Source: Gammaproteobacteria bacterium (GTDB lineage: Bacteria; Pseudomonadota; Gammaproteobacteria; Chromatiales; Chromatiaceae). Taken from it: DNA of 39,905 nt. Positions 26,122 to 35,505 of this stretch are shown one piece after another (the stretch's first letter is position 1; every line of letters starts with the position of its first letter). The position numbers and the translations under genes were made by a program. The notes under the pieces were generated by a model, which had not been told where the DNA came from, did no database searches, and saw only the letters and a program-made list of their open reading frames with translations. The stretch is taken from NCBI GenBank assembly GCA_003972985.1, contig QNZQ01000004.1:1-39905 (forward strand). The letters are read 5' to 3'.

Positions 26122-28701
26122 ATGACTGACAGTAATCCCGCCAAAGGGGCAGAGGAGCTGCCGGAAGAGCCCCCTCGCCGCCTCACCGCTCTGGATTCCT
26201 ACCAGGGCCGGTACCTGATACTTGCCACGCTGCTGATCCTGGCGTTGCTGGCCATTGCCTGGTTTGGACACAACTATGTCAGTAAAGTGACCGGCGCCCA
26301 GGTGGCACGCCTGGAGAAACGTACCAATCTGCAGCAGCAACTGCGGCAGGGCATGCGCGAACTGCAGAATATCGAGGAATGGCTGCACCGCCAGCTCATC
26401 GAGCCGGGGCTGCGCCAGAAGACAAGCCTCGAAGAGCAGATCCAACGCCTTCGAACCAAGCTCACGGACCTGCAGCGACAACTCCCTGAAGGTGAGCAGA
26501 AGGCGCTGCTCGAAACCGTGCTGCAGACCCGCCTGAACCGGTTCGCCACCGATGCGGAAGGGTTCCTGCGCATCTCCCACGACAACCGGCTGCGCTTCCC
26601 CAGCACCGAGATCATGCAGACCCGGATGCGCGACAAGGCAGCAACCTTCACCGAAATCATCACCGACGCGCTCGACGAGCTGCGCGATCAGCACGATGGC
26701 AGCACCGAACTGCTGCTCGACGGTTACCGCCTGCACGACACCTGGCAGAAAATCCTTTCCGAGTTCCGGCTGCTGGTGGCCAACCGCTTCGGCGTGTTCG
26801 CCGACGATCCCCTGGCCGGCATGCAGGCCCGCGCCGGGAATATCGAGATCTACATGGCGCATCTGCAGCAGGAGCTGAAAAGACTGGAGAAGATGCCGGC
26901 CCCGGAAGGGACGCTCTACCTCGAGCCCGAAACCTGGCAGCAGCTGTCACGGATCGCCGATGACTGGCACCGGGAGTACCTGCAGCTCTGGAAAGGGCTC
27001 ACCAGTGAGAACTGGCGGCGGGACCTGCAGATCTACAAGGACAGCCTGGCGCCCCAGCTGACCCGCATCCAGGCCGATCTCGGCCAGATTCAGGCCAGCC
27101 TGAACCAGGAGTCGGCGGGCGAGATCAAGGAACTGGCCAGTGTAGCGGAACGCCTGACCCTGGCCATCTTCATCATCACCCTGGCCGATATCCTGCTCAT
27201 CTTCGGTGCCTACCTCTATCTGCGTACGCGCATCCTCAAGCCCATTTCGGCCACCACCCAGGCGCTGCGCCAGGAAGCTGCCGGCATCACCCACAACCAG
27301 ATTCCCATTCCGAAGCTGCGCGAAACCCGTGACCTGGTCAGCGCCTTCGCCGAGATGCGTCGCGAAGTGTGGCGCCGCCAGCGCGGCCTGGACTACCTGG
27401 CCCATCACGACCCCCTCACCCAGCTTCCCAACCGCATCCTGTTCAAGGACCGGCTGCAGCACGCCATCAAGGTGGCCCAGCGCAACAACCAGATGGTGGC
27501 CCTGCTGTTCCTCGACCTGGACAACTTCAAGCAGATCAACGACACCCTTGGCCACCTCGCCGGGGACGAACTGCTGGTCACCGTGGCGCGGCGCCTCAAG
27601 AACCTGCTGCGCAGCAGCGATACCGTGGCGCGGCTCGGCGGCGATGAATTCGCCATCCTGCTGGAAAACATCGAGGGCAAGCGGCAGACACGCAATGCCG
27701 CCTCCAAGATTCTCAGCGCTCTCTCGGAGCCGGTGAAGCTCGCGGGCCACGATTTCCATCTCACCGCTTCCATCGGCATCGCCATGGCGCCCTACGACGA
27801 CAGCCAGCCGGACAATCTCATCCGCGATGCCGACTCGGCCATGTACGAGGCCAAGCGGCTGGGCAAGAACGCCTACTTCTTCTTTTCCAGTGAACTCCTG
27901 GAGCGGGCCACCACACAGCTCAACCTGGAACGGGAGATCCGCACGGCCCTGGAAAAGGAGGAGTTCCTGTTCCACTTCCAGCCCATCGTCCATACCCGCA
28001 GCAAGAAGATCTACGGGGTGGAAGCCCCCATCCGCTGGCAGCCGGAGAAAGGCCCGTTGCGCTACCCCGACGAGTTCGTGGAAACCCTTCTCGCCATCGA
28101 CAACCGGCAGGACTTCATGGAGAAGCTGCTGTGCCAGATCGACGAGCTGCAGCAGAAGTGCATCGACGAATTGCAGATCCAGCTCCCCGTCGCCATCAAC
28201 CTTTCCGCTTCGGTACTGCGCAACTCCACCCAGCACAACCTGGTGCTCAACTCGCTGAAGCGGCGCAGGTACCCTGAGCTGTTGCGCATCGAGATCACCG
28301 AGGACACGCTGCTGGAGGACCTGGCCAACGCCCACGTCCTGCTCAAGGAGATCAAGCGACTGGGCATTCCCCTGGTACTGGACGACTTCGGCACCGGCCA
28401 GTCGTCACTGAACCACCTGCGTTCCTTCCCCTTCGACGCCATCAAGATCGACAAGGAATTCGTCATGAACCTGGACAAGAACCCGGAAGACGCCAACCTG
28501 GTGAAGGCGGTCACCCAGCTGGCCCACAGCTTCAACATGAAAGTGGTGGCCGAAGGCGTGGAAACCGAGACTCACCAGCACTACCTCAGGAAGATCGGCT
28601 GCGACTACCTGCAGGGCTACCTGATCAGCAAGCCGATCTCATCCGACCGGCTGTTTGCCATGCTGGAGCACATCAGGTCCAGACTTAAGGTCGTCAATTA
28701 G
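26122..28701 (+). CDS. Membrane-anchored GGDEF-EAL c-di-GMP signalling protein
   Basis: Two TMs around a helical periplasmic domain, HAMP-like linker, HDPLT, RSSD I-site plus GGDEF, and an EAL domain (EAP, DDFGTG, KID, EGVE). Confidence 0.93.
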   Translation: MTDSNPAKGAEELPEEPPRRLTALDSYQGRYLILATLLILALLAIAWFGHNYVSKVTGAQVARLEKRTNLQQQLRQGMRELQNIEEWLHRQLIEPGLRQKTSLEEQIQRLRTKLTDLQRQLPEGEQKALLETVLQTRLNRFATDAEGFLRISHDNRLRFPSTEIMQTRMRDKAATFTEIITDALDELRDQHDGSTELLLDGYRLHDTWQKILSEFRLLVANRFGVFADDPLAGMQARAGNIEIYMAHLQQELKRLEKMPAPEGTLYLEPETWQQLSRIADDWHREYLQLWKGLTSENWRRDLQIYKDSLAPQLTRIQADLGQIQASLNQESAGEIKELASVAERLTLAIFIITLADILLIFGAYLYLRTRILKPISATTQALRQEAAGITHNQIPIPKLRETRDLVSAFAEMRREVWRRQRGLDYLAHHDPLTQLPNRILFKDRLQHAIKVAQRNNQMVALLFLDLDNFKQINDTLGHLAGDELLVTVARRLKNLLRSSDTVARLGGDEFAILLENIEGKRQTRNAASKILSALSEPVKLAGHDFHLTASIGIAMAPYDDSQPDNLIRDADSAMYEAKRLGKNAYFFFSSELLERATTQLNLEREIRTALEKEEFLFHFQPIVHTRSKKIYGVEAPIRWQPEKGPLRYPDEFVETLLAIDNRQDFMEKLLCQIDELQQKCIDELQIQLPVAINLSASVLRNSTQHNLVLNSLKRRRYPELLRIEITEDTLLEDLANAHVLLKEIKRLGIPLVLDDFGTGQSSLNHLRSFPFDAIKIDKEFVMNLDKNPEDANLVKAVTQLAHSFNMKVVAEGVETETHQHYLRKIGCDYLQGYLISKPISSDRLFAMLEHIRSRLKVVN

Positions 28702-29340
28702 CGGGCGGAAGTCGGTCACCGCGGGGAAACGGGTGACCTTGCGTGCCGGCTGACTGGTATCGGGACGCAGCATGCAGAGCAGGTTTGCTATCCCGTAGGC
28801 GCGGGCCGACTCCAGTACCGGCACGCTGTCGTCGATGAACAGGGTGCGCGCGGGGTCGAAGTTCACCTGCTGCTGCAGCCGCTCCCAGAAAGCCGGGTTC
28901 TCCTTGGGCAGCCCCAGGTCGTGGGCCGAGATCGCCTGGTCCAGGTAGCCCCCCAGGCGCGTCTTCGCCATCTTCAGCTCCAGCGCCTTCTGGTGGGCAT
29001 TGGTCGCCAGCACGCGCGCCTTGCCGGCCTTTTTCAGCAGTTCCAGGAAATCCAGAACGTGGGGATGAACAGCGATGAGATGCTCCACCTCGGCCTTGAG
29101 CAGGGGGATGTCCAGCGCCAGTTCCCGGCTCCAGTAGTCCACGCAGTACCAGTCGAGGGTGCCCTCCACCTGCCGGTAGCGCTGCATCAGCTCCTTCTTC
29201 GCGGCCTCCAGGGAGATACCGTGCTGCTCGGCGTAGCGCTGGGGCACGTACTCGAGCCAGAAATGGTTGTCGAAGTGGAGATCGAGCAGGGTGCCATCCA
29301 TGTCCAGCAGCACGGTGTCGATGCGATCCCAGTCAAACAT
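28639..29340 (-). CDS. yrfG: HAD-family GMP/IMP nucleotidase
   Basis: DTVLLDMDGTLLDLHFDNHFW, TNAH and TLFIDDS motifs. Confidence 0.92.
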   Translation of the reverse strand: MFDWDRIDTVLLDMDGTLLDLHFDNHFWLEYVPQRYAEQHGISLEAAKKELMQRYRQVEGTLDWYCVDYWSRELALDIPLLKAEVEHLIAVHPHVLDFLELLKKAGKARVLATNAHQKALELKMAKTRLGGYLDQAISAHDLGLPKENPAFWERLQQQVNFDPARTLFIDDSVPVLESARAYGIANLLCMLRPDTSQPARKVTRFPAVTDFRPLIDDLKSGPDVLQHGKQPVG

Positions 29341-29427
29341 GGGCACAATCCTCAAAAACCGTTTGCACTTGGGTTCCCGCCTTTGTAGCCTTCAACCTGA
29401 CCCCTCCACCTGAACCGATACCTGCCG

Positions 29428-30219
29428 ATGACATTACCAGACATCCACAAGATCAACCAGATCGCCCGCGAGGCGGGACGCGCCGTTCTCGAGATCTACG
29501 GGCAGGAGGACTTCGGCATTACCGAGAAGGAGGACCAGTCGCCGCTCACCCTGGCCGACATGGCCTCGCACCACCTCATCACCCGCGAGCTGCAGCTGCT
29601 CACCCCCGAGATCCCCATTCTCTCCGAGGAGTCGGCCTTCGTCCCCTTCGAGGAGCGCAGCCAGTGGAACCGCTACTGGCTCATCGACCCCCTCGACGGC
29701 ACCAAGGAATTCGTCAAGCGCAACGGCGAGTTCACGGTGAATATCGCCCTCATCGAGGATCACCGGCCGGTTCTGGGCGTAGTGCACGCGCCGGTGCCGG
29801 ACATCACCTGGTACGGTGACCGCGAGCACGGTGCCTGGCGCCAGCAGGGCGACAACGAACCCGAGCACATCAGGGTCGCCTCCAGCCTGTCGCAGCCGGT
29901 GCGGGTGGCAGGCAGCCGCTCCCACGCCGGCGACAGCCTCAAGCGTTTCCTGGAGAAGCTCGGCGAACACGAGATCGTGAACATGGGCAGCTCGCTCAAG
30001 CTCTGCCTGGTGGCCGAAGGCAAGGCGGACATCTACCCGCGGCTCGGCCCCACCTCCGAGTGGGATACCGCCGCCGCCCAGGCCGTGGTGGAAGCCGCCG
30101 GCGGTCGGGTGACGGACACAGCCATGAACCGCCTCGACTACAACCGCAAGGAATCGCTGCTCAACCCCCACTTCCTGGTCTTCGGTGACACCAGCGTGGA
30201 CTGGACAGCCTACCTGTGA
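29428..30219 (+). CDS. cysQ: 3'(2'),5'-bisphosphate nucleotidase
   Basis: SPLTLAD, WLIDPLDGTKEF, GSSLKLCLVAEG and EWDTAA motifs. Confidence 0.96.
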   Translation: MTLPDIHKINQIAREAGRAVLEIYGQEDFGITEKEDQSPLTLADMASHHLITRELQLLTPEIPILSEESAFVPFEERSQWNRYWLIDPLDGTKEFVKRNGEFTVNIALIEDHRPVLGVVHAPVPDITWYGDREHGAWRQQGDNEPEHIRVASSLSQPVRVAGSRSHAGDSLKRFLEKLGEHEIVNMGSSLKLCLVAEGKADIYPRLGPTSEWDTAAAQAVVEAAGGRVTDTAMNRLDYNRKESLLNPHFLVFGDTSVDWTAYL

Positions 30220-31238
30220 TGTACCGCCTGCTCACGCTTCTGCTGCTGTTGCTGCCGGCCCTGGCCTGGTCCGCGGCGGACGGGGACGACGAGGACCCGC
30301 TGGTATTCGAGGATGTTCCGCTCAAGGAGATGATCCAGCATCCCGACTGGTTCAAGGAGAGCTTCCTGGATCTGCCGGAAGACCTGGACGAGGCGATCCA
30401 GAACGGCAAGAAGGGCATCATCGTCTACTTCGGCCAGAAACGCTGCCCCTACTGCCGGCAGCTCATGGAGATCAATTTCAAGCAGCCGGACATCGTCAAG
30501 TACACCCGCGACAACTTCGACGTCATCGCCATCGACATCTGGAGCCCGGAGGAGGTGACCACGCCGGACGGCCAGACCATGAGCCAGCGCGACTACGCCC
30601 TGAAGATGGGCACCAACTTCACGCCCTCGCTCATCTTCTACGACAAGGACGGGCGCATCGCCCTGCGCCTGCGCGGCTACTACCCGCCCTACCAGTTCCG
30701 CGCTGCGCTGGAATACGTGGCCGGCGGCCACTACAAGCGGGAGCCCTTCAATGTCTACCTGGCCCGCGGCGACAGCACCCTGCGCTTCGAAGCGGAGGAC
30801 ATGGTGGAAGAGGATTTCTTCCTGCCTCCGCCCCACTACCTGGATCGCAGCCACTTCCCCGGCGAGCGGCCGCTGGCGGTCTTCTTCGAGCAGGGCAACT
30901 GCCACGCCTGCGACATCCTGCACACCGGCCCGCTGCGCCAGCCGGCCATCATCAACCTGTTCAAGAAGTTCGACAGTGTGCAGCTGAACATCTACTCGGA
31001 CGAGCCGGTGGTAACTCCCGACGGGCGCAAGACGACTGCCCGCGAATGGGCGAAGGATCTGGGCATCTTCTACGCCCCCACCCTGGTCTTCTTCGACGAG
31101 AACGGCAAGGAGATCATCCGCGTGGACTCGGTGGTCCACTTCTTCCGCCTGCGCAACGTGCTCAACTACGTGCTGAACAAGGGCTACCTGTCGCACCCGA
31201 GCTTCCAGCTGTGGCGCACGGAGGAACGCAACCGCTGA
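30219..31238 (+). CDS. Periplasmic twin thioredoxin-fold protein, SoxW-like
   Basis: Signal peptide; PDWFKESFLDL.EDL; two CxxC domains (CPYC, CHAC), each with a cis-Pro loop (FTPS, YAPT). Confidence 0.8.
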   Translation: MYRLLTLLLLLLPALAWSAADGDDEDPLVFEDVPLKEMIQHPDWFKESFLDLPEDLDEAIQNGKKGIIVYFGQKRCPYCRQLMEINFKQPDIVKYTRDNFDVIAIDIWSPEEVTTPDGQTMSQRDYALKMGTNFTPSLIFYDKDGRIALRLRGYYPPYQFRAALEYVAGGHYKREPFNVYLARGDSTLRFEAEDMVEEDFFLPPPHYLDRSHFPGERPLAVFFEQGNCHACDILHTGPLRQPAIINLFKKFDSVQLNIYSDEPVVTPDGRKTTAREWAKDLGIFYAPTLVFFDENGKEIIRVDSVVHFFRLRNVLNYVLNKGYLSHPSFQLWRTEERNR

Positions 31239-31664
31239 TCAGCGGCAGAAGCGCCGGAGATAGCCTTCCAGGTAGTCACGCCTGCGCCGCAGGCGATCAC
31301 CCTCCGAGGGCTTGTAGCCCGTGCGCAGCTTTGCCTGTACCTCGTCGAGCGAGTGCTGCTTGTTGTAGCAGGTCATCGACCCCTGCTCCTTGCGGCTCGC
31401 CACCCGCTTGCGCTCCGCCTTCCGCTGCGCTTCGATCCGCTTCCGGTCGCGCTTGCGATACGCTTCGTAGAGCCTGCGCTCCTCCTTGCGCAACGAGACC
31501 CACACGGCCTGGGCTTCACCGGTCTCGATGCGCTCGCCGGCCTCTTTGCAGGCGGTCTGCTGGAGGCTGATGCTGCCGTCGGGGGCCAGGCAGCGGTAGA
31601 CCTCGGCCGGGAAAACCGCGGCCGATGCAAGAAGTATCGAGAAAAGAAAGAATGGCCTGGACAT
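31239..31664 (-). CDS. Exported DUF4124-like protein
   Basis: GGAGGA SD; signal peptide followed by AEVYRC..PDG.ISLQQTAC; basic coiled-coil C-terminus. Confidence 0.7.
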   Translation of the reverse strand: MSRPFFLFSILLASAAVFPAEVYRCLAPDGSISLQQTACKEAGERIETGEAQAVWVSLRKEERRLYEAYRKRDRKRIEAQRKAERKRVASRKEQGSMTCYNKQHSLDEVQAKLRTGYKPSEGDRLRRRRDYLEGYLRRFCR

Positions 31665-31768
31665 GACTCCTCCCTGAGTCCGAATGAAACGAGACGACGC
31701 AATCCCTGCGCCCTCTCCAAAGCCTACCCCGAAGCCGGCCACATTGCCAGCCCGCAGCCCGTCTCCAC

Positions 31769-31981
31769 CAGGACGATGTCATCTAATGGCGTAAACTATT
31801 GATAAAGCGGGGCGGGTACCTGGTCGGAAAACTTCGGAGGCATGGCACTGGAAATGTTCCCGACATTTCCAGCATTTCCTCCATCCCTGAAGGTCATGCC
31901 GACGCAGAACATACATGGACGTATTCACAGCGGTTTTCCGAGCAGGTACCCGCCCTGCCGCAAGTTGGATGGCGCGGCCTG
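31769..31981. mobile_element. MITE copy 2 (213 bp; shell reversed relative to copy 1; nested 50-bp insert)
   Basis: Ends CAGGACGATGTCATCTAA and TTGGATGGCGCGGCCTG; flanks CCGTCTCCAC/CCATCTGCAA (7/10); inner arms 31810-31832 and 31933-31955. Confidence 0.8.
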
Positions 31982-32034
31982 CCATCTGCAAGGTGGCTCC
32001 GGTGGAATCCTCCCCCACCGAAACGCCCCAGAGG

Positions 32035-33236
32035 CTACAGCTTCAACTTCTCCGCCACGAAGTCGGCATCCTTGTCGCCACGACCCGACAGGTTCACCAG
32101 GATATTCTGCCCGGGCGACATCTCCCTGGCCAGCTTCATGGCATAGGCCACGGCATGGGCACTCTCGAGGGCCGGGATGATGCCCTCGGTGCGCGACAGG
32201 GTGAGAAAGGCGTCCAGGCACTCCTGATCGTCGGCGGTGACGTACTCCACCCGGTGCATGTCCTTCAGGTAGCAGTGCTGGGGCCCCACGCCAGGGTAGT
32301 CGAGGCCCGAGGCGATGGAATAGACCGCCAGCGGGTTGCCCTCCTCGTCCTGCAGGTTGTAGCACTTGAAGCCGTGAATGGCGCCCTTCACCCCCTTGGT
32401 GAGGGTGGCGGCATGGTCCGGGGTATCCAGCCCTTGGCCGGCCGGCTCCACGCCGATGATGCGCACTTCCTCGTCGTTGAGGAACTCGGTGAACAGACCG
32501 ATGGCGTTGGAGCCCCCGCCCACGCAGGCCATGATCACCTCCGGCAGTCGGCCGTTCTTCTCCAGGAACTGGTAACGGGCCTCGCGGCCGACGATGCTCT
32601 GGAAATCGCGCACCATCTTGGGAAAGGGGTGGGGGCCCACCACCGAACCGATAGCGTAGAAGAAGTTCTGCGGATCGCGCAGGTACTCCTCGAAAGCGCT
32701 GTCCACCGCATCCTTGAGGGTGCGGGTACCGCGGCTCACGGGCACCAGCCTGCAGCCAAGGATCTTCATCTTGGTGACGTTGGGATGTTCCTTCTCGATG
32801 TCGATCTCGCCCATGTGGATCTCGCACTCGATCCCCACCAGGGCACAGGCGGTGGCCAGGGCCACGCCGTGCTGGCCGGCGCCGGTCTCGGCCAGCACCT
32901 TGGTCTTGCCCATGTGCTTGGCCAGCAAGGCCTCGCCCAGGCAATGGTTGATCTTGTGCGCACCGGTATGGTTGAGATCCTCGCGCTTGAGCCAGATGCG
33001 CGCTCCGCCGATCTGGTTGCTCAGGCGCCGGGCCTCGAACAGGGGGCTGGGGGCGTCCCACGTAATCGGCATAGAGATCGTTCAGCTCCTTCTGGAAGGC
33101 CTCGGTCTTGCGCACCTCCTCGTAGGCACGGTCGATATCGTCCATGATCGCCTTGAGCTCTGGCGGGATGATCTGCCCGCCATATTCGCCGAAGTAGCCC
33201 TGTTCATCGGGCATGGGTCCCCAGTTCGATACTCAT
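32035..33236 (-). pseudogene. trpB: Stand-alone tryptophan synthase beta chain, frameshifted (pseudogene or sequencing error)
   Basis: PDEQGYFGEYGG...YVGRP in one frame continues as SPLFEARRL...[47 protein letters not shown] in another; the extra base lies in the G5 run 33049-33053. Confidence 0.9.
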
Positions 33237-33241
33237 GGTCG

Positions 33242-33508
33242 TTACTCCCCTTTGTCGTGTGAATGTTCGGTACCATCGCCTTGGATGGCTTCGAGTGCCC
33301 GCAGGCGTGATTTCTGCATCTCCAGCAGGCGGCGTGTCTCGTCGAGCTGCCGCTGCAGCCGTTGCTGCGCGGCCGCTGCCGTGCGCAGCAGCGACTTCAT
33401 GGCATCCAGTTCAGCCACCATGGCGCGCCACTGCACGAAGGCCACGACCAGCAGGCCGAGGATCAGCGCCAGGGCCAGCAGCAGGGGCCAGGCATTTTGC
33501 CGGCGCAC
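33242..33508 (-). CDS. Small single-TM coiled-coil hypothetical protein
   Basis: Fills the gap between co-oriented genes; hydrophobic N-terminus then a Q/R/L-rich helix. Confidence 0.6.
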   Translation of the reverse strand: MRRQNAWPLLLALALILGLLVVAFVQWRAMVAELDAMKSLLRTAAAAQQRLQRQLDETRRLLEMQKSRLRALEAIQGDGTEHSHDKGE

Positions 33509-33511
33509 CGC

Positions 33512-34744
33512 TCAGCGTGCCTCCCGGGCACGCCGGTTGATGGTGTCCACGGTCTTGGCCACCACCAGGTCCGATGTGACATTGAGGGCGGTACGCGCCA
33601 TGTCGAGAATCCGGTCCACCGCCACGATGAGGGCCATGTAGGCCACCGGCAGTCCCACTTGGTTGAGAATCACCACCATCATCACCAGGGAGGCACTGGG
33701 TAGTGCCGCCACCCCCACGCTCAGGGCCACCACGGTGAAGCCCAGCACCAGCTGATCCCCCCAGGTCATCTCTAGGCCGGCCAGGTTGGCGATGTAGAGC
33801 ACGGCGATGGTGAGGTAGGCGGCCGTGCCATCCATGGAGACCGTGGCCCCCAGCGGCAGCACGAAGCTGGCGGTCTCGGAGCTGACGCCGCCCTTCTCCT
33901 GGGAGACCCGCAGGCTCACCGGCAGGGTGGCGGCGCTGGATGCGGTGGAGAAGGCCATGAGCGGCACCTCGCGCACCCGCCTGAGGTAGTCATAGGGATT
34001 GATGCGCGCCAGCAGGGCCATGAGCCCCGGCAGGGTCACCAGGCCATGGAACAGCAGCACTCCCAGCACCAGCAGGATGTATTTCCACAGGTCGATGAGC
34101 ACTTGGATGCCCTGGTCCGCCACCACGTAGCTGATGAGGCTGAAGACCCCCAGGGGCGTGAAGCGCACCACCCAGCTGGCCAGCTTGAGCATCGCCTCGG
34201 ACACCCCGGTGAAAACGTCCAGCATGGCCCGGTGATGCTTCTCCTCCAGGTAGAGGCTGGCCACGGCGAAGAGGATGGCGAAGACGATCACCTGCATCAG
34301 CGAACCCGTGGCCAGGGCATTGAAGATGTTGGTGGGAATGAAGCTGAGCAGCATCCGGCTCAACGAGAAAGGCTCCACCTGTTCCGCTTTTTCGTAGCTG
34401 AGCCCTTCCGCCGATACCGGCTCGCCGATGGGAAACAGGTTCATGGCGACGATGGCCGCGAGCACCGCCAGCGCCGTGGTGAGCACGTAGAGACCGATGG
34501 TCTTGAGGCCGATCTGGCGCAGCTTCTCCAGGCCACCCAGGCCTGAGATGGCCACGTACACCGAGGCGAACACCAGCGGCACCACCAGCATCTTGAGGAA
34601 GGCGACGAAGGCCTTGCCCAGCGCCTTCTGCGCCAGCGCCCACTCGGGCAGCAGCCAGCCGAAGAGGATGCCCAGCACGATGCCGGCCACCACCAGCTTG
34701 TTGGTGTTCTCCTCGGCCACCAGGTAACGCAAGATGCCCTTCAT
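33512..34744 (-). CDS. Dicarboxylate/amino acid:cation symporter (DAACS family)
   Basis: LKMLVVPLVF, FIPTNIF, AFSTASSAATLP, PLGATVSMDGTA and DRILDMARTALNV motifs. Confidence 0.93.
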   Translation of the reverse strand: MKGILRYLVAEENTNKLVVAGIVLGILFGWLLPEWALAQKALGKAFVAFLKMLVVPLVFASVYVAISGLGGLEKLRQIGLKTIGLYVLTTALAVLAAIVAMNLFPIGEPVSAEGLSYEKAEQVEPFSLSRMLLSFIPTNIFNALATGSLMQVIVFAILFAVASLYLEEKHHRAMLDVFTGVSEAMLKLASWVVRFTPLGVFSLISYVVADQGIQVLIDLWKYILLVLGVLLFHGLVTLPGLMALLARINPYDYLRRVREVPLMAFSTASSAATLPVSLRVSQEKGGVSSETASFVLPLGATVSMDGTAAYLTIAVLYIANLAGLEMTWGDQLVLGFTVVALSVGVAALPSASLVMMVVILNQVGLPVAYMALIVAVDRILDMARTALNVTSDLVVAKTVDTINRRAREAR

Positions 34745-35505
34745 GGCTTCTCCACCAGCTTGCACAGGGCTTGCAGAATAGCATGGTCGCCCACCTGTTC
34801 CGTCACCTGTACCCTATTGCAACCGAGCTCGCTGGCGCGCGCCGCGATGCGCTCGCTCAGTACCACCAGCGGCGTGAGGTGCAACCGCTCCCGGCCACTG
34901 TCGTCCAGCAGGTTCCAGAGACAGTCGAGGATCTCCACGCTGGTCACCGTCACCGCCTGCACCAGGCGGTCCCAGGAGGCCACCAGGTTGGCGGTGCCGC
35001 GGCTGGCGCACCGGCGCCGGTAGACCTCGGCATAGACCACTTCGGCGCCCCGTTCTTCGAGGGCCTGACGCAGCAGCTCCCGCCCTCCTTCGCCGCGGAC
35101 GATGATCACCCGCCTACCGGCCATCTGCTGCAGCCCGGGCAGGGACAGCAGCCCTTCGCTGTCGAAACGTTGCGCGGGAACCATGGTGGGTTCCAGGCCC
35201 GCCTCCTCCAGCGCCCTGGCCGTGGCTTGGCCCACGGCGGCAATGGCCAGGCCGGCGGGCAGCACGTCGGGCAACAGCGGGAAGGCGTGGCGCACAGCGT
35301 TGGCGCTTACGAAGATCAGCAGGTCCGCCTCCGCCGCCCGCTGCAGCAGATCGGCAACGGCAGCGGCATCGGCAGGGGGAAGAATCTCCAGCGCGGGAAA
35401 GCGCACCGGCCGGCCATGAGCCTTTTCGATGAGCTCGCACAGGGCATCGGCCTGCTCCGCTGGCCGGGTCACCAGTACGCTCAGACCCTGCAGGTGGCAG
35501 TCCAT
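34741..35505 (-). CDS. hemD: Uroporphyrinogen-III synthase
   Basis: VLVTRP, IFVSANAV, AVGQATA, SEGLL and RGEGGRE motifs. Confidence 0.95.
   Translation of the reverse strand: MDCHLQGLSVLVTRPAEQADALCELIEKAHGRPVRFPALEILPPADAAAVADLLQRAAEADLLIFVSANAVRHAFPLLPDVLPAGLAIAAVGQATARALEEAGLEPTMVPAQRFDSEGLLSLPGLQQMAGRRVIIVRGEGGRELLRQALEERGAEVVYAEVYRRRCASRGTANLVASWDRLVQAVTVTSVEILDCLWNLLDDSGRERLHLTPLVVLSERIAARASELGCNRVQVTEQVGDHAILQALCKLVEKP

Noticed and set aside
31769-31981. MITE as an integron attC site (ATCTAAT...GTTGGAT resembles R''/R' boxes)
   Set aside because: The R'' box is imperfect, there is no cassette array or integrase, and TIRs plus flanking duplications fit a MITE better.
33040-33060. Programmed ribosomal frameshift in trpB
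   Set aside because: No canonical slippery heptamer or stimulatory structure; a homopolymer indel is simpler.
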